A model generated the notes under the pieces. The model was given only the letters and a program-made list of their open reading frames with translations. It was not told the origin of the DNA and ran no database searches. Below are positions 6,857 to 15,814 of a stretch of 31,588 bases of DNA, one piece after another. The position numbers and the translations under genes were made by a program. The number at the start of each line of letters is the position of its first letter. The first letter of the stretch is position 1. Source of the stretch: a virus; the IMG/VR virus record IMGVR_UViG_3300025597_000036; one strand, written 5' to 3'.

Positions 6857-7930
6857 CTACTCCAGGTACGTCACTTCATTCCCGTTCACCACTTCCTTCT
6901 CACAGCACCATTGCCGCCACCCAATTTGCACCCACGTGTAGCGCCCACTTACCACCCGTTGTAACACATGCACTACTTCCCCCTTGCTGAGCTTTTCGCT
7001 GTAAACGACTCCAGATAACACCCCGCTGATCAGATTTGGCGCTCCCTTACTCAACCTTACACGGAGCCCATCAACTTTTACTGTTTTCTTCTCAACTCTC
7101 ACCATATTTTCCTTCTCATGCACTTCATCATCATGAAAATCTTCTGGATTCACGACCACTACCGGCGTTTCCTCAATTGGAGTTGTCGCTTTCTCTCCAA
7201 AAAACGCCAGCAATTCCGCTTCAGTTTTACACCACACATTGATATCCACTTTTGCTTCCTCAAACCCCATCGCGCGTCCGTCAGGCACCTGGTCCCCGTT
7301 GATATCGCCAATGCTGTTCACCTGAATCATCACCAGGTCATTCCACCCGGCTTTTAAAACCACACCGCGCACAAAGTCTTCGCTCACCGGATTATAATTC
7401 GCAGCCCATAACGGCCTCCACCGGCGGTATTCCCCAGGGCGTTCCAGCCACCCTGTTGGCCAATATTCACCAGTTGCCCGACCATTGGCATCGTCAATCA
7501 CCTTCATCATATTATCTGCAATGGTCATCGCTGTTGGCCACACCGATTCAATTTTTGCGCAACCCGGTGCAGTTTCCTCATCTAAAAAAACTGGCATCGG
7601 GTGCACCTTCACGATCTCTGCAACTGCGTTACCCTGCAGGATCCCCCACTGCGAAGACGTGAGCTTCAAATACGAGTGCGACAGGTAATTCATGTACGCA
7701 AACTGCCCGAAAAGCATCCCTGTTTTGTAAGTTTCTTCCATGAAATACCAGAACAACCGATCAATTCGTGGCTTGCCATTCGCCACATACCCGTCCAGGC
7801 TGCGCGCAATCACAAACCTACAGCCAGAGTCTTTGAGTAACTTTAAATCTGGCATTTTGGGCGTATCTGCATAATCCTGCCAATGGCTCACATCAACACC
7901 CCAGATTTTATTATTAAGATTAATGATCAT
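6857..7930 (-). CDS. Endolysin: GH25 muramidase with C-terminal SH3-like cell-wall-binding region
   Basis: N-terminus IWGVDVSHWQ is typical of GH25. The C-terminal roughly 80 aa (KVDGLRVR...YTWVQIGWRQW) looks SH3b-like. No signal peptide is apparent. Confidence 0.82.
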   Translation of the reverse strand: MIINLNNKIWGVDVSHWQDYADTPKMPDLKLLKDSGCRFVIARSLDGYVANGKPRIDRLFWYFMEETYKTGMLFGQFAYMNYLSHSYLKLTSSQWGILQGNAVAEIVKVHPMPVFLDEETAPGCAKIESVWPTAMTIADNMMKVIDDANGRATGEYWPTGWLERPGEYRRWRPLWAANYNPVSEDFVRGVVLKAGWNDLVMIQVNSIGDINGDQVPDGRAMGFEEAKVDINVWCKTEAELLAFFGEKATTPIEETPVVVVNPEDFHDDEVHEKENMVRVEKKTVKVDGLRVRLSKGAPNLISGVLSGVVYSEKLSKGEVVHVLQRVVSGRYTWVQIGWRQWCCEKEVVNGNEVTYLE

Positions 7931-8583
7931 TACATCACTCCGTAATCAGACAAAAACACCACACCAGCACCACTAGTTGGTACCATATCACATATCAACA
8001 ATGAACTTGCTCTGTTATGATCACTCGTCGTCCATGTTAACGCAGAACAATTCTCCCCCGCTGTTACTGCTTTATAGGCGGTATAGATTCGACTATAAGT
8101 CGTTCTAACCTCCTGATTCGATGTAAAAAACGTTGGACAAGTCGCAGGTAGATTGTACGTGCTACACATCGATTCGATGTAGCCATTACTAGGGGCTATT
8201 CCCAGATTGTTCGTGGTACTGCCTAAATACTGGGTATCTGTATCAAACATCACCAATTGACTGGCGCTGGTAACCCCAGAGTACCCGGAAACAGCGATAC
8301 ACACATAATTCGCGTTTACTGAACCGCTCCAGGTTACAACAACATTTGCTGTACCAACGGCGGGATTCAACAGATACCACGAATCAGCATAACCTGTACC
8401 AGACGGTTTAACCCCACCTCCAAGCCTGGTCAAATTTACCCCACCGTACGTAATATTGGATACAGTAAAACCTGTAGTGGAACACGCTACATGCACAACC
8501 AGCAGGGTCGTGCCGGCTGCTATCGTGACCGATAGCGTATTTGAACTTCTACCATTACTACCAGAAACAAATGCAACGGCCAT
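7930..8583 (-). CDS. Tail tip / receptor-binding candidate (hypothetical, beta-rich, Ser/Thr/Gly/Asn-rich)
   Basis: ATG 8583 follows GGAGTGAG (the listed 8589 start is a GTG). The gene is translationally coupled (TAATG) to the endolysin gene and sits last in the tail module. Confidence 0.55.
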   Translation of the reverse strand: MAVAFVSGSNGRSSNTLSVTIAAGTTLLVVHVACSTTGFTVSNITYGGVNLTRLGGGVKPSGTGYADSWYLLNPAVGTANVVVTWSGSVNANYVCIAVSGYSGVTSASQLVMFDTDTQYLGSTTNNLGIAPSNGYIESMCSTYNLPATCPTFFTSNQEVRTTYSRIYTAYKAVTAGENCSALTWTTSDHNRASSLLICDMVPTSGAGVVFLSDYGVM

Positions 8584-8585
8584 AC

Positions 8586-9170
8586 TCACTCCACTGGATA
8601 GAAAATCATTACCCCTATCAAATATGCATCAACCGCAAGGGTGTCATTCGTTGCGTCATCTGCCTTGCGCAAAACCCGCCAGTTGACCAGTTTGCCTGCT
8701 GCTGGGCTTCCAGCGATGGTGATCGCAGAGGTCATATCGCTGATATACAGGTCGTTCGTTGTTCCACCCGTATCATTCGCGTATTGGGCAGTCCCAAACG
8801 CGGCATCAAGAGCGTCATCATCTCCGAACGCGACCCCCTGCAACCCCCAAGACACTTTGAAGTTAGTGCTGGTGGTAGGGTGAGTCCAGTAGAATTTCGC
8901 CAAAACAGTCCCGCCTGTATAATCGGCTGGCATTGGGACATCTACATAGGCATACTCGATTGTTGACGCGTCAAATGGTAGATAATCCAAAACATTCTTA
9001 TTTGTGGCCAGTGCGAGTTGCGCAGATAAACCACAACCACTGGTCAGGGTAGGCTTCCATCCACTGATCCACAGTTGTTTATATTTTGTGCTCCCATCCA
9101 CCAATTGCGCCGGAATATCAAACGCCAGGATCTCATCACCTGTAGTGACTTTTCTGACTGCAATCGTCAT
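8586..9170 (-). CDS. Tail module protein (hypothetical, beta-sandwich-like)
   Basis: 194-aa ORF with a TAATG junction to the upstream gene. No motif recognised. Confidence 0.6.
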   Translation of the reverse strand: MTIAVRKVTTGDEILAFDIPAQLVDGSTKYKQLWISGWKPTLTSGCGLSAQLALATNKNVLDYLPFDASTIEYAYVDVPMPADYTGGTVLAKFYWTHPTTSTNFKVSWGLQGVAFGDDDALDAAFGTAQYANDTGGTTNDLYISDMTSAITIAGSPAAGKLVNWRVLRKADDATNDTLAVDAYLIGVMIFYPVE

Positions 9171-9721
9171 TACTTCACCTCCACATTGTATTCAAACGAC
9201 AGATCATGCAGACCAGCGCTGTTGTCATACGCCTGCAAAAAATGGCTGAACAGCGTCCCGCTGTCTGCAACCGCGCTCGCTGCCCCGCCAAACACCCCGG
9301 CTTCCTGAAGGTAAAAAGAACAGTTGGCAGCCGTAAAGAAAACACTCAAAGTAAGAGTGAGTCCAGTTCTGGTCTTTAGCGTGACCTCTTTCCTGGCAAC
9401 CTCGGTTTGCAGTTTAACATCCGTCAATGCCGGCGCGGTCGTTCCAGTCCCGATCGCGTAATACGTCAATCCTGTGGCCACTGCTCCGATCATCAAATCC
9501 CCCACCAGTTGCTTCCCGATCGTCACCACCAGGTTATTCACTGTGTTTTCATGCACACAGTACCCGTCTCTGATCGCCTGCTTCACCGCCTCATCCAGCG
9601 CCATACCTCGCTTCAGCAGCTCTCCAATCACACCTCTCTGAAACGCCCGCAAGGTAGATCGCCCTGTAAAACCTAACGTTTCATCCATATTTCGCAAATC
9701 CATATCTACACCCATCCCCAT
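9170..9721 (-). CDS. Tail module protein (hypothetical)
   Basis: ATG 9721 lies 8 nt after AGGAGA. An alternative start is ATG 9688 (ATGGATGA overlap with the upstream stop). Confidence 0.55.
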   Translation of the reverse strand: MGMGVDMDLRNMDETLGFTGRSTLRAFQRGVIGELLKRGMALDEAVKQAIRDGYCVHENTVNNLVVTIGKQLVGDLMIGAVATGLTYYAIGTGTTAPALTDVKLQTEVARKEVTLKTRTGLTLTLSVFFTAANCSFYLQEAGVFGGAASAVADSGTLFSHFLQAYDNSAGLHDLSFEYNVEVK

Positions 9722-11681
9722 ACCGGTATTCTCCTGTGTGCGCACTAAACGCATTCAGAACCTCATCCATTGTGACGATCTCTGTAACACTCATGATCTC
9801 ATCCAGCACCTCGTTTGGATTCCACTCGAGTTCTGGATTTAACGCCCGCTGAATCGACAAAAACAACCTCACCAGGTTTGCATCCGCCACACCTGCCTCA
9901 ACAATTGTGTTCACAAATCCACCGGGTCCGATCGTAGTGGTCACCCGTTGAATCATGTAATTACCGCTGATTCCCCTTGCCGAGTGCTCAATTATCTGCA
10001 TCTGACCGGCTCGCAGCCCTGGTTCAATCGTGGAATACGAAATTGCCGGCTTGGCCATGGCATTTTGCGCCAGTTCGTATTGAGCCCGCAACTTCGCAGT
10101 TGTCTGATCTACGATCTCCGTGGCATTGATCACGGTCTTGAACCACTTCCCATAATGCTCATAACTCGCCTGGTTCCTGCAGACCGTCCTGATCGGCACT
10201 TCCTTGCGCCCGTCCACCTCAATCGCGTTATCCAGTCCAGGCCAGAACGTCTCCTGTTGCAGCTGTGCCGTGCTCTCGAAGTAAAGTACCTCGTCCCGCG
10301 CATTGAGCGTTTCCTGATTGCCAGTCTTCACATTCATCGTCGTCCACACCGGCATATTCACCCGCGTGCTGGTGGAATTGTGCGCCGTACCCGTCCATGC
10401 GTACCCCGTTCCCATGCTTCCATCGCAATAGGCACTTGGCCAGGTCAATTTCTCTGCCTGCACCGCATCGTAATAACACGCGGTCGTTGAATCATTCGCA
10501 TTGTTGTACAGTTCCACCCTCACGGTCAATGCCGCGCCGGTATCGTTGTAATACCCCGCTGTTACCAGCTCCCATGTGCTGGTTTTCCGGTTGTAACACT
10601 CCCCCAGATTCACAGCGCCTGCCACATTCCAGATCACCACTGCAGCCGTTCCCACAACTGGCGACCACACCCTGGCCTGCACCGTCAACGTTTCACCCGG
10701 GTTTAATGTCAGGCTTTGCCCCTGAAGAACAGCTACCGCTGTTCCAGCTGTGATCTTCAAACTCGCTGCCCCGGCATAAAATTTCGTTACATCTCTGGCC
10801 CATACCGCCCCCGTACCGGCCTGGTATTGCGTCCATCCATCCGTAATATTGACCTCAAACGAAGGATTCACCACCAGATTGGTGGTCGGTCCTCCGTCAT
10901 TCCGCCTCACAACAATCGCAGTCTGCCCATCTGGAGGCTTCATCCGGTTAAACAGATTTACCAGCACATTCCTGCCATTCGCACTCAGTACCTCTGTTAT
11001 ATCGCCTGATAAATATTTTCCTCCCACGATCTCCACCAGATTGAATACTCCAGCTCCGTTTGTTGAACTCCTCAGATTTTGTACCGTGATTGCTCCGGCT
11101 TCATTAGGATCATCACTGATATTGAATGGCGCAGAATACTCCTCGCTGCCAAAATAATGCAGTTTTTTCTCCGGATCTACATACCAGTTTCCCCCGCTTA
11201 GAGTACACAACTCATCCAGAATAACCCTTATGCTTTTCCGGTTGTATCGCACTCTTGGCAATAACTTCAATTCCGAAACATTGGTTACCGCATCGAACTC
11301 ACTCAAACTTGAATCTGTGAAAATGTCCGCAATGATCTCCTGGTCAGTCCGATCCTCATATTCCCGGGTCACAAACACCTTGTCAAAATAAATTCCATAA
11401 TCCGTGCACCCCAGCACGTAATCGTTACCCATTCCATCCGCGTTTGCACTCTTATCAACCGTTTGCACATACCCGCCAAACAGCTTCGTACTGCCGTTCG
11501 AGAGAACGATCTCCTGCCAGTCCGATGGATTAATCGCATCAGCGTTGAACAGCGTCAATGTCAACGTGTCCAATTCTGCGTTGATCGCGTTGATAATCTG
11601 AGGCTGCGACCGATTCAAATCACAGTAATTGGTCACATCCACCCCGTTCAACGTAATCTTCAGATCAACTTCATCTACCAT
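9681..11681 (-). CDS. Distal tail / baseplate hub protein with internal CBM4/9-like carbohydrate-binding module
   Basis: First gene after the tape measure gene. The N-terminal domain resembles Dit/gpD-type tail proteins (REYEDRTDQEIIADIF...GGNWYVDPEKKLHYF). The central NPSFE..DGW module covers aa ~268-412 (nt ~10446-10880). Confidence 0.7.
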   Translation of the reverse strand: MVDEVDLKITLNGVDVTNYCDLNRSQPQIINAINAELDTLTLTLFNADAINPSDWQEIVLSNGSTKLFGGYVQTVDKSANADGMGNDYVLGCTDYGIYFDKVFVTREYEDRTDQEIIADIFTDSSLSEFDAVTNVSELKLLPRVRYNRKSIRVILDELCTLSGGNWYVDPEKKLHYFGSEEYSAPFNISDDPNEAGAITVQNLRSSTNGAGVFNLVEIVGGKYLSGDITEVLSANGRNVLVNLFNRMKPPDGQTAIVVRRNDGGPTTNLVVNPSFEVNITDGWTQYQAGTGAVWARDVTKFYAGAASLKITAGTAVAVLQGQSLTLNPGETLTVQARVWSPVVGTAAVVIWNVAGAVNLGECYNRKTSTWELVTAGYYNDTGAALTVRVELYNNANDSTTACYYDAVQAEKLTWPSAYCDGSMGTGYAWTGTAHNSTSTRVNMPVWTTMNVKTGNQETLNARDEVLYFESTAQLQQETFWPGLDNAIEVDGRKEVPIRTVCRNQASYEHYGKWFKTVINATEIVDQTTAKLRAQYELAQNAMAKPAISYSTIEPGLRAGQMQIIEHSARGISGNYMIQRVTTTIGPGGFVNTIVEAGVADANLVRLFLSIQRALNPELEWNPNEVLDEIMSVTEIVTMDEVLNAFSAHTGEYRYGDGCRYGFAKYG

Positions 11682-11706
11682 CCCCTACCTCTCCCACTCT
11701 TGGCCA

Positions 11707-11805
11707 CTTTGCGTTGATTTCCGCTCTTCTTTGCGTCCTCTGCGGCTTTGCGAGAATATAAAACAAAGGTTTTCTTTGCGTACTTTGCGTCTTTGCGAGA
11801 TAATA
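11707..11805 (-). promoter_or_regulatory. Two copies of the triple-CGCAAAG element plus one lone heptad
   Basis: Plus-strand ctttgcg starts at 11707. It recurs at 11729 / 11738 (ctctgcg variant) / 11746, and at 11774 / 11783 / 11791. Each triple has 9- then 8-nt spacing and is followed by aga. Confidence 0.6.
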
Positions 11806-11815
11806 AAAAATTCAT

Positions 11816-13399
11816 CTACCTGATTCCCTGCAGGGTCAACCGTTGCATGATCTTATTCGCCACCAGATCAGGATCCCCCGCTCCATTCACCTGAATCGTA
11901 ATCGTATTTCCGCCTGACCCCTGCCCCGCCGGCGTCACCCGCACCCGCTCCCCGCTCTCCACCCATAACGGACCAAACGAATCATTCGGATAGCCCGGCG
12001 GAACCACAAAATCAACTCCATTTGCAAATTCCATCCGCTGCTTATTCTTCGGTAAACTGACCATGCTCCCGCCGGTCGTGGGGGTTCCGTGCGTCACATA
12101 TTTTGTGGTGAACGTCAGGGTATGAGAGGTCGGAATCTTATTAATGGATTCCGTAATAAGTCCATTTGCCTCCATAATTCGCAGCGCCTGATCGTAATAC
12201 GACTGTGCTCGCTTGGCGTTCTCTGCACTGATCAGCCCGGTGTCCACCTGGTACTGCAGCAGAAAATCCATCTCCGCCTGAGAAAGTTCCCCGTCCGCCA
12301 GCAGCATCTTCTGAAATATATCGACCATCCATTGATCGACCATTTTCTGCTGTTCCACCTTCAGGTCTTCTACGGCCTGTGTGCGTTCTTCAATCCCCTT
12401 CGTGTCCAGCGGATTCTCATTGATATATTCCGCAAGTTCTGATTCAGCCTTAAGTAATTTTTCCTCGCTTGATTGCATCTTCGACGCAAGGGAGATCACG
12501 TTCGAATATTGATCTGAAAGCGTGATCAATGCTTCGTTGTATTGACCGGTTGCATCCTTGCTGCTGTAAAACTCCTCGTTGAGTCTGTCTACTTCAGCTT
12601 GAAGTTCCGCAACCTTGTCTTTTGCTTTTTTTGATCCCAATGCAGCCGAAACAGACCAGCTGCTGATCTGATCTTCAAGGTCTTCGATTTTCAAAAGGTG
12701 TTCTTCTACTGCATCCGTACCCGTTGTGAATTGTCTAATCAGCAAATCAAGTTCTGGCACCACTTCCCTGGCTACTGTGTACTTGAACCCCTGCCACGCA
12801 TCCTGCAGGTTATCTACCGACTGCTTATACTGGATCATCTGGCGCATCGACTCTTCAGTAACAATCATCGAATCGTCAATCGCATCCATCGCCGATTGGA
12901 TACCTTCCGCCCCTTTTTCCATGAGCTTACCCATCTCAGCTCCTGATCGGCCAAAGGTATCCATTAAAAACTTTGACCGCTCGTTCCCTTCCTCAAGAGC
13001 CAGATACTGATCAGATAATTTTTTCAATCCTTCGATGGAAACATCGATTCCCTTGCGCGTCGCAGCCTGTAAACTACTCGCCAGAGTCGATTCTGAAATG
13101 AAAAGATCGTCGGTCGCCTGAATAAGCCGTGAGGTTTCCTCAGTGGAGATCCCCAGGAGACGTGAATAATTATCGACCTGTGTCCCGTACTCAACCCATT
13201 CATTGACCGATGATGTGATGAAATTCCCCAGCGCTTTCGCTGCCCCGGTTACCGCCCCGATCGCTGTGACAGACCCCAGGCTAAAACCGGTGAGCTCCTT
13301 GAAACTGGCGCTCATCTTCTTTAGCCCGCTGACCGCTTCCTTATCTCCCCCGCCCTTTTTTATCGTATTGATAATAATATTAAGGATCGAATCACTCAT
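11816..13399 (-). CDS. Tail tape measure protein
   Basis: Sits directly after the G/GT chaperone pair. The sequence is long, helical and coiled-coil rich with an N-terminal Gly/Ala hydrophobic segment. ATG 13399 (MSDSILN) is preferred over the listed TTG 13414. Confidence 0.82.
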   Translation of the reverse strand: MSDSILNIIINTIKKGGGDKEAVSGLKKMSASFKELTGFSLGSVTAIGAVTGAAKALGNFITSSVNEWVEYGTQVDNYSRLLGISTEETSRLIQATDDLFISESTLASSLQAATRKGIDVSIEGLKKLSDQYLALEEGNERSKFLMDTFGRSGAEMGKLMEKGAEGIQSAMDAIDDSMIVTEESMRQMIQYKQSVDNLQDAWQGFKYTVAREVVPELDLLIRQFTTGTDAVEEHLLKIEDLEDQISSWSVSAALGSKKAKDKVAELQAEVDRLNEEFYSSKDATGQYNEALITLSDQYSNVISLASKMQSSEEKLLKAESELAEYINENPLDTKGIEERTQAVEDLKVEQQKMVDQWMVDIFQKMLLADGELSQAEMDFLLQYQVDTGLISAENAKRAQSYYDQALRIMEANGLITESINKIPTSHTLTFTTKYVTHGTPTTGGSMVSLPKNKQRMEFANGVDFVVPPGYPNDSFGPLWVESGERVRVTPAGQGSGGNTITIQVNGAGDPDLVANKIMQRLTLQGIR

Positions 13400-13536
13400 T
13401 TCGCCTGCCTGCAATAATTACCAATAAAAGTGTTTCCAAAACTACATATCCTTGCTGGAACGCTCTACCAATAAAGCTCTTTTCGTGTGCTGTCATCTCT
13501 TTCATTTGTTTCGTGTTAAGCTTTTGTCATTAAAAC

Positions 13537-13580
13537 CTTTGCGTTCTTAGCGCCTCGCGATCTCTGCGCCCCTGAGCGCT
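13537..13580 (-). promoter_or_regulatory. Degenerate copy of the triple-heptad element
   Basis: ctttgcg (13537), cttagcg (13546), cctcgcg (13553), then atct. It lies directly after the GT stop codon. Confidence 0.4.
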
Positions 13581-14257
13581 TTAGTGCGAATGGGGTTGCG
13601 AGAGATAACTTCTATACCCTTGTTTCTTCAGCCACGCACCGGCCATGTTTTCCTGTGCCTTCACCATCTCAACCATCTCCGGCAGTTCATCTGCCACGCC
13701 ATTGATCACGTCCCACCATTCATCCGGGATATCATCCACATCCCACGGCATCAAAGCCGTTCCCAGAAGCCGGTTCACTTTCTGCGCCCTGAACAACTTG
13801 CCCAGTTGGGCATGTTGAGTCCGCCCCGTTCGGGCAATTTCCAGCAGAGCGGACTCTAGACTTTTTTTCTGCCATACCGGTGCAGGTTGATCTGCGCGGC
13901 GATCGCCTCTTTTAGCCATGGCCAGAAGTTAGGATCAGTCTCCCTCACCTGCTCTACCATCACTTTCAGTTCCTCCTGGCTCATCCTCGATTCTTCGCTT
14001 CCCTGGCTCAGCAGCACGGAATACAGCCTCAACTGCTCATTTACCAGGTCAGTAAACTCACTGACCGCTGCCTTTTCTTCATCCGCGTTCAAATCAGTCC
14101 GCCTGATGATCTCCAGCATCCTCTTTGACGTGGCATTGATCTCTTCCAGCAGTGCGTTCGGAGCATTCACCCACACCTCCAGCGTCGCCTCCCCGAACTC
14201 CGGCGCGTACTCATCCAGTCGAATCTTTTTGATGATCTTTGGCACTTCAATTTTCAT
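13581..14257 (-). CDS. Tail assembly chaperone G-T fusion via -1 programmed frameshift
   Basis: A -1 slip on A AAA AAA joins the G frame to the 13581..13919 frame, reading ...GRKK/KSLESALLEIARTG... This matches the listed ORF text QKKSLESALLEIARTG. Confidence 0.72.
13856..14257 (-). CDS. Tail assembly chaperone (G-like, zero-frame product)
   Basis: Sits between the major tail and tape measure genes. The product is acidic and 133 aa long. ATG 14257 is preferred over the listed TTG 14263. The ORF ends ...RYGRKKV-TAG. Confidence 0.8.
   Translation of the reverse strand: MKIEVPKIIKKIRLDEYAPEFGEATLEVWVNAPNALLEEINATSKRMLEIIRRTDLNADEEKAAVSEFTDLVNEQLRLYSVLLSQGSEESRMSQEELKVMVEQVRETDPNFWPWLKEAIAAQINLHRYGRKKV
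13862..13868 (-). promoter_or_regulatory. Slippery heptanucleotide A_AAA_AAA
   Basis: Seven T on the plus strand (13862-13868). In the G frame this reads AGA AAA AAA GTC TAG. Confidence 0.75.
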
Positions 14258-14269
14258 GATCAATCACCA

Positions 14270-15265
14270 TTAAATAGAAGCGACATTCGTAATGACATTC
14301 ACTTCAAGCATCTTATCGCCTGTCGGGTCATAAATACCCTCGAACGCAACCGTGGTCAGAGAAGTCTCCTTCTCCTTGTTTGCCCCTGGCAGTGGCTCCA
14401 TCACCACCCCGCTGAACGCAATGTCCAGCGCGTGGTTCTCACCGCTGCCAATAGCCGGACCTGAACAGTGAATATTTACCACTTTCATCGTCCCGATCGC
14501 GTCATGCAGCGCGATCGCTTCAGATCCATTGACCAGCGTTAATGTCACCAGAATGGCGATCTTTCCTTCGCCAACCTTATTGAAAACTAGAGAATTACCG
14601 TTGAACTCCGGGTAAGCTCCATTGGTGATTTCGATATCCACCCCGCGCAAAATCCCCGTTTTCTCCGTTGTTCCAACAGTCGCCCATGAATCGTTGATAT
14701 ATAACTGAGTCAGCAGTCCGTTGATCTCGTTCACCACCGGCAAAGCGATCGCCGTCGTGAAATTCGTCTTCGTGTTCTGCCTGGCAAAATAGTCATACTC
14801 GATCTTTGCCACCGCATCGCTGCCGTCCTGCGGGATGGTGATGGAAATCTTCATCCGCTCACCGGTCATATATTCCTGCTCAAACGCCTGAACCGAATCT
14901 CCAAATTCAATCGTCGCTGAATCCAACGCGTTAGAGTTCACCAGATCCGGTGTAAATTCCCACAGATAATCATCCTGACCGGTCGTCTGCTCTGCGGGTG
15001 TTACCCCGCCCTTGAGCAGCATCGAGAACAGCAGCGGCAATGCCTGGAAATACGCCCTGTCAAAAACCAGCGTATTGTTCACCAGCTTCCCGCTGGTCAT
15101 CACAGCCCGGTAACCATTGACCTTTTTCCCGATATCATCCTGCGGGATGGTTGGTACACGATCCAACACATACTTCAGCGTCGCCAACAGCCTGGTATCC
15201 GCCGCCACCGCCGTTCCGTGCGCCGCCGGACTTTCAACACCAATTTGAACCTGTTCTAATGCCAT
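14270..15265 (-). CDS. Major tail (tube) protein
   Basis: Strong SD (GGTGAGGTGAAAAATG). The gene sits immediately upstream of the frameshifted chaperone pair. The call is positional. Confidence 0.6.
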   Translation of the reverse strand: MALEQVQIGVESPAAHGTAVAADTRLLATLKYVLDRVPTIPQDDIGKKVNGYRAVMTSGKLVNNTLVFDRAYFQALPLLFSMLLKGGVTPAEQTTGQDDYLWEFTPDLVNSNALDSATIEFGDSVQAFEQEYMTGERMKISITIPQDGSDAVAKIEYDYFARQNTKTNFTTAIALPVVNEINGLLTQLYINDSWATVGTTEKTGILRGVDIEITNGAYPEFNGNSLVFNKVGEGKIAILVTLTLVNGSEAIALHDAIGTMKVVNIHCSGPAIGSGENHALDIAFSGVVMEPLPGANKEKETSLTTVAFEGIYDPTGDKMLEVNVITNVASI

Positions 15266-15338
15266 TTTTCACCTCACCAAACTTTTTTATCAATAAAGTT
15301 CTTTACCAAATAAGGCTAAGCCTTTTTATTAAAAATTT

Positions 15339-15367
15339 CTTTGCGTTCTTTGCGCCTTTGCGAGAGA
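15339..15367 (-). promoter_or_regulatory. Triple-CGCAAAG element
   Basis: Plus-strand ctttgcg at 15339, 15348 and 15356, then agaga. It directly abuts the stop codon at 15368-15370. A small hairpin aaggc-tta-gcctt follows downstream on the transcript. Confidence 0.6.
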
Positions 15368-15814
15368 TCATGCGCTCACCGTGTACTTCCCGCTCTGACT
15401 CTCCTCCACCGTCCAATCCACCTCGATGACGAAATGCTCGTCCTCGTTGCCCCATTTATCCATCCCCATCTGCATGGACGTAATCCTGAAATCCGTCACC
15501 AGCCCCCCAAGCGTCAAATGCCCTGCCGCGGCCTTCACGATCTCGTTGATGAACTTCATCACAAAGCCCATCTGTGATCTCACCAACCCGGATGTAATGT
15601 GAAAATGTGTTCTCCCGTGAAATACCGCAAAGCATACACCTCCCAGACTGTAGGAATGATTGACATCCATCACAAACGAAATCGCCGATGGAAAAACGCT
15701 CACGCTTTCCGGCACCCTGTCGAAGGTGTAACTCAACACCCGCTTGTTTTCAACGCTCACCTCCCCCCACACATCGGTCAGCGCCTTGCCCCAGCTCGCA
15801 ATCCCGTATGCCAT
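15368..15814 (-). CDS. Neck/tail terminator-position protein (hypothetical)
   Basis: ATG 15814 overlaps the upstream TGA (TGATG). The gene sits directly upstream of the major tail gene. Confidence 0.55.
   Translation of the reverse strand: MAYGIASWGKALTDVWGEVSVENKRVLSYTFDRVPESVSVFPSAISFVMDVNHSYSLGGVCFAVFHGRTHFHITSGLVRSQMGFVMKFINEIVKAAAGHLTLGGLVTDFRITSMQMGMDKWGNEDEHFVIEVDWTVEESQSGKYTVSA

Noticed and set aside
9948-10490. Long plus-strand ORFs opposite structural and early genes (also 16663..17184, 17570..18034, 24410..24943, 28631..29128, 30020..30499, 15688..16143)
   Set aside because: All lie antisense to well-supported minus-strand genes. They have Arg/Ser/Pro/His-rich low-complexity translations, lack SDs and often use non-ATG starts. 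These are typical shadow ORFs.
7930-11681. Diversity-generating retroelement targeting the tail tip proteins
   Set aside because: No reverse transcriptase gene and no template/variable repeat pair were seen anywhere in the circle.
11707-11805. CRISPR-like array
   Set aside because: The repeat units are 7 nt with 1-2 nt between them. There are no spacers of plausible length and no cas genes.
13392-13505. 37-codon minus-strand ORF (MKEMTAHEKSFIGRAFQQGYVVLETLLLVIIAGRRNE) in the chaperone-tape measure gap
   Set aside because: There is no SD in front of either ATG, and it overlaps the tape measure start in a different frame. This may be a chance ORF and is kept only as a note.
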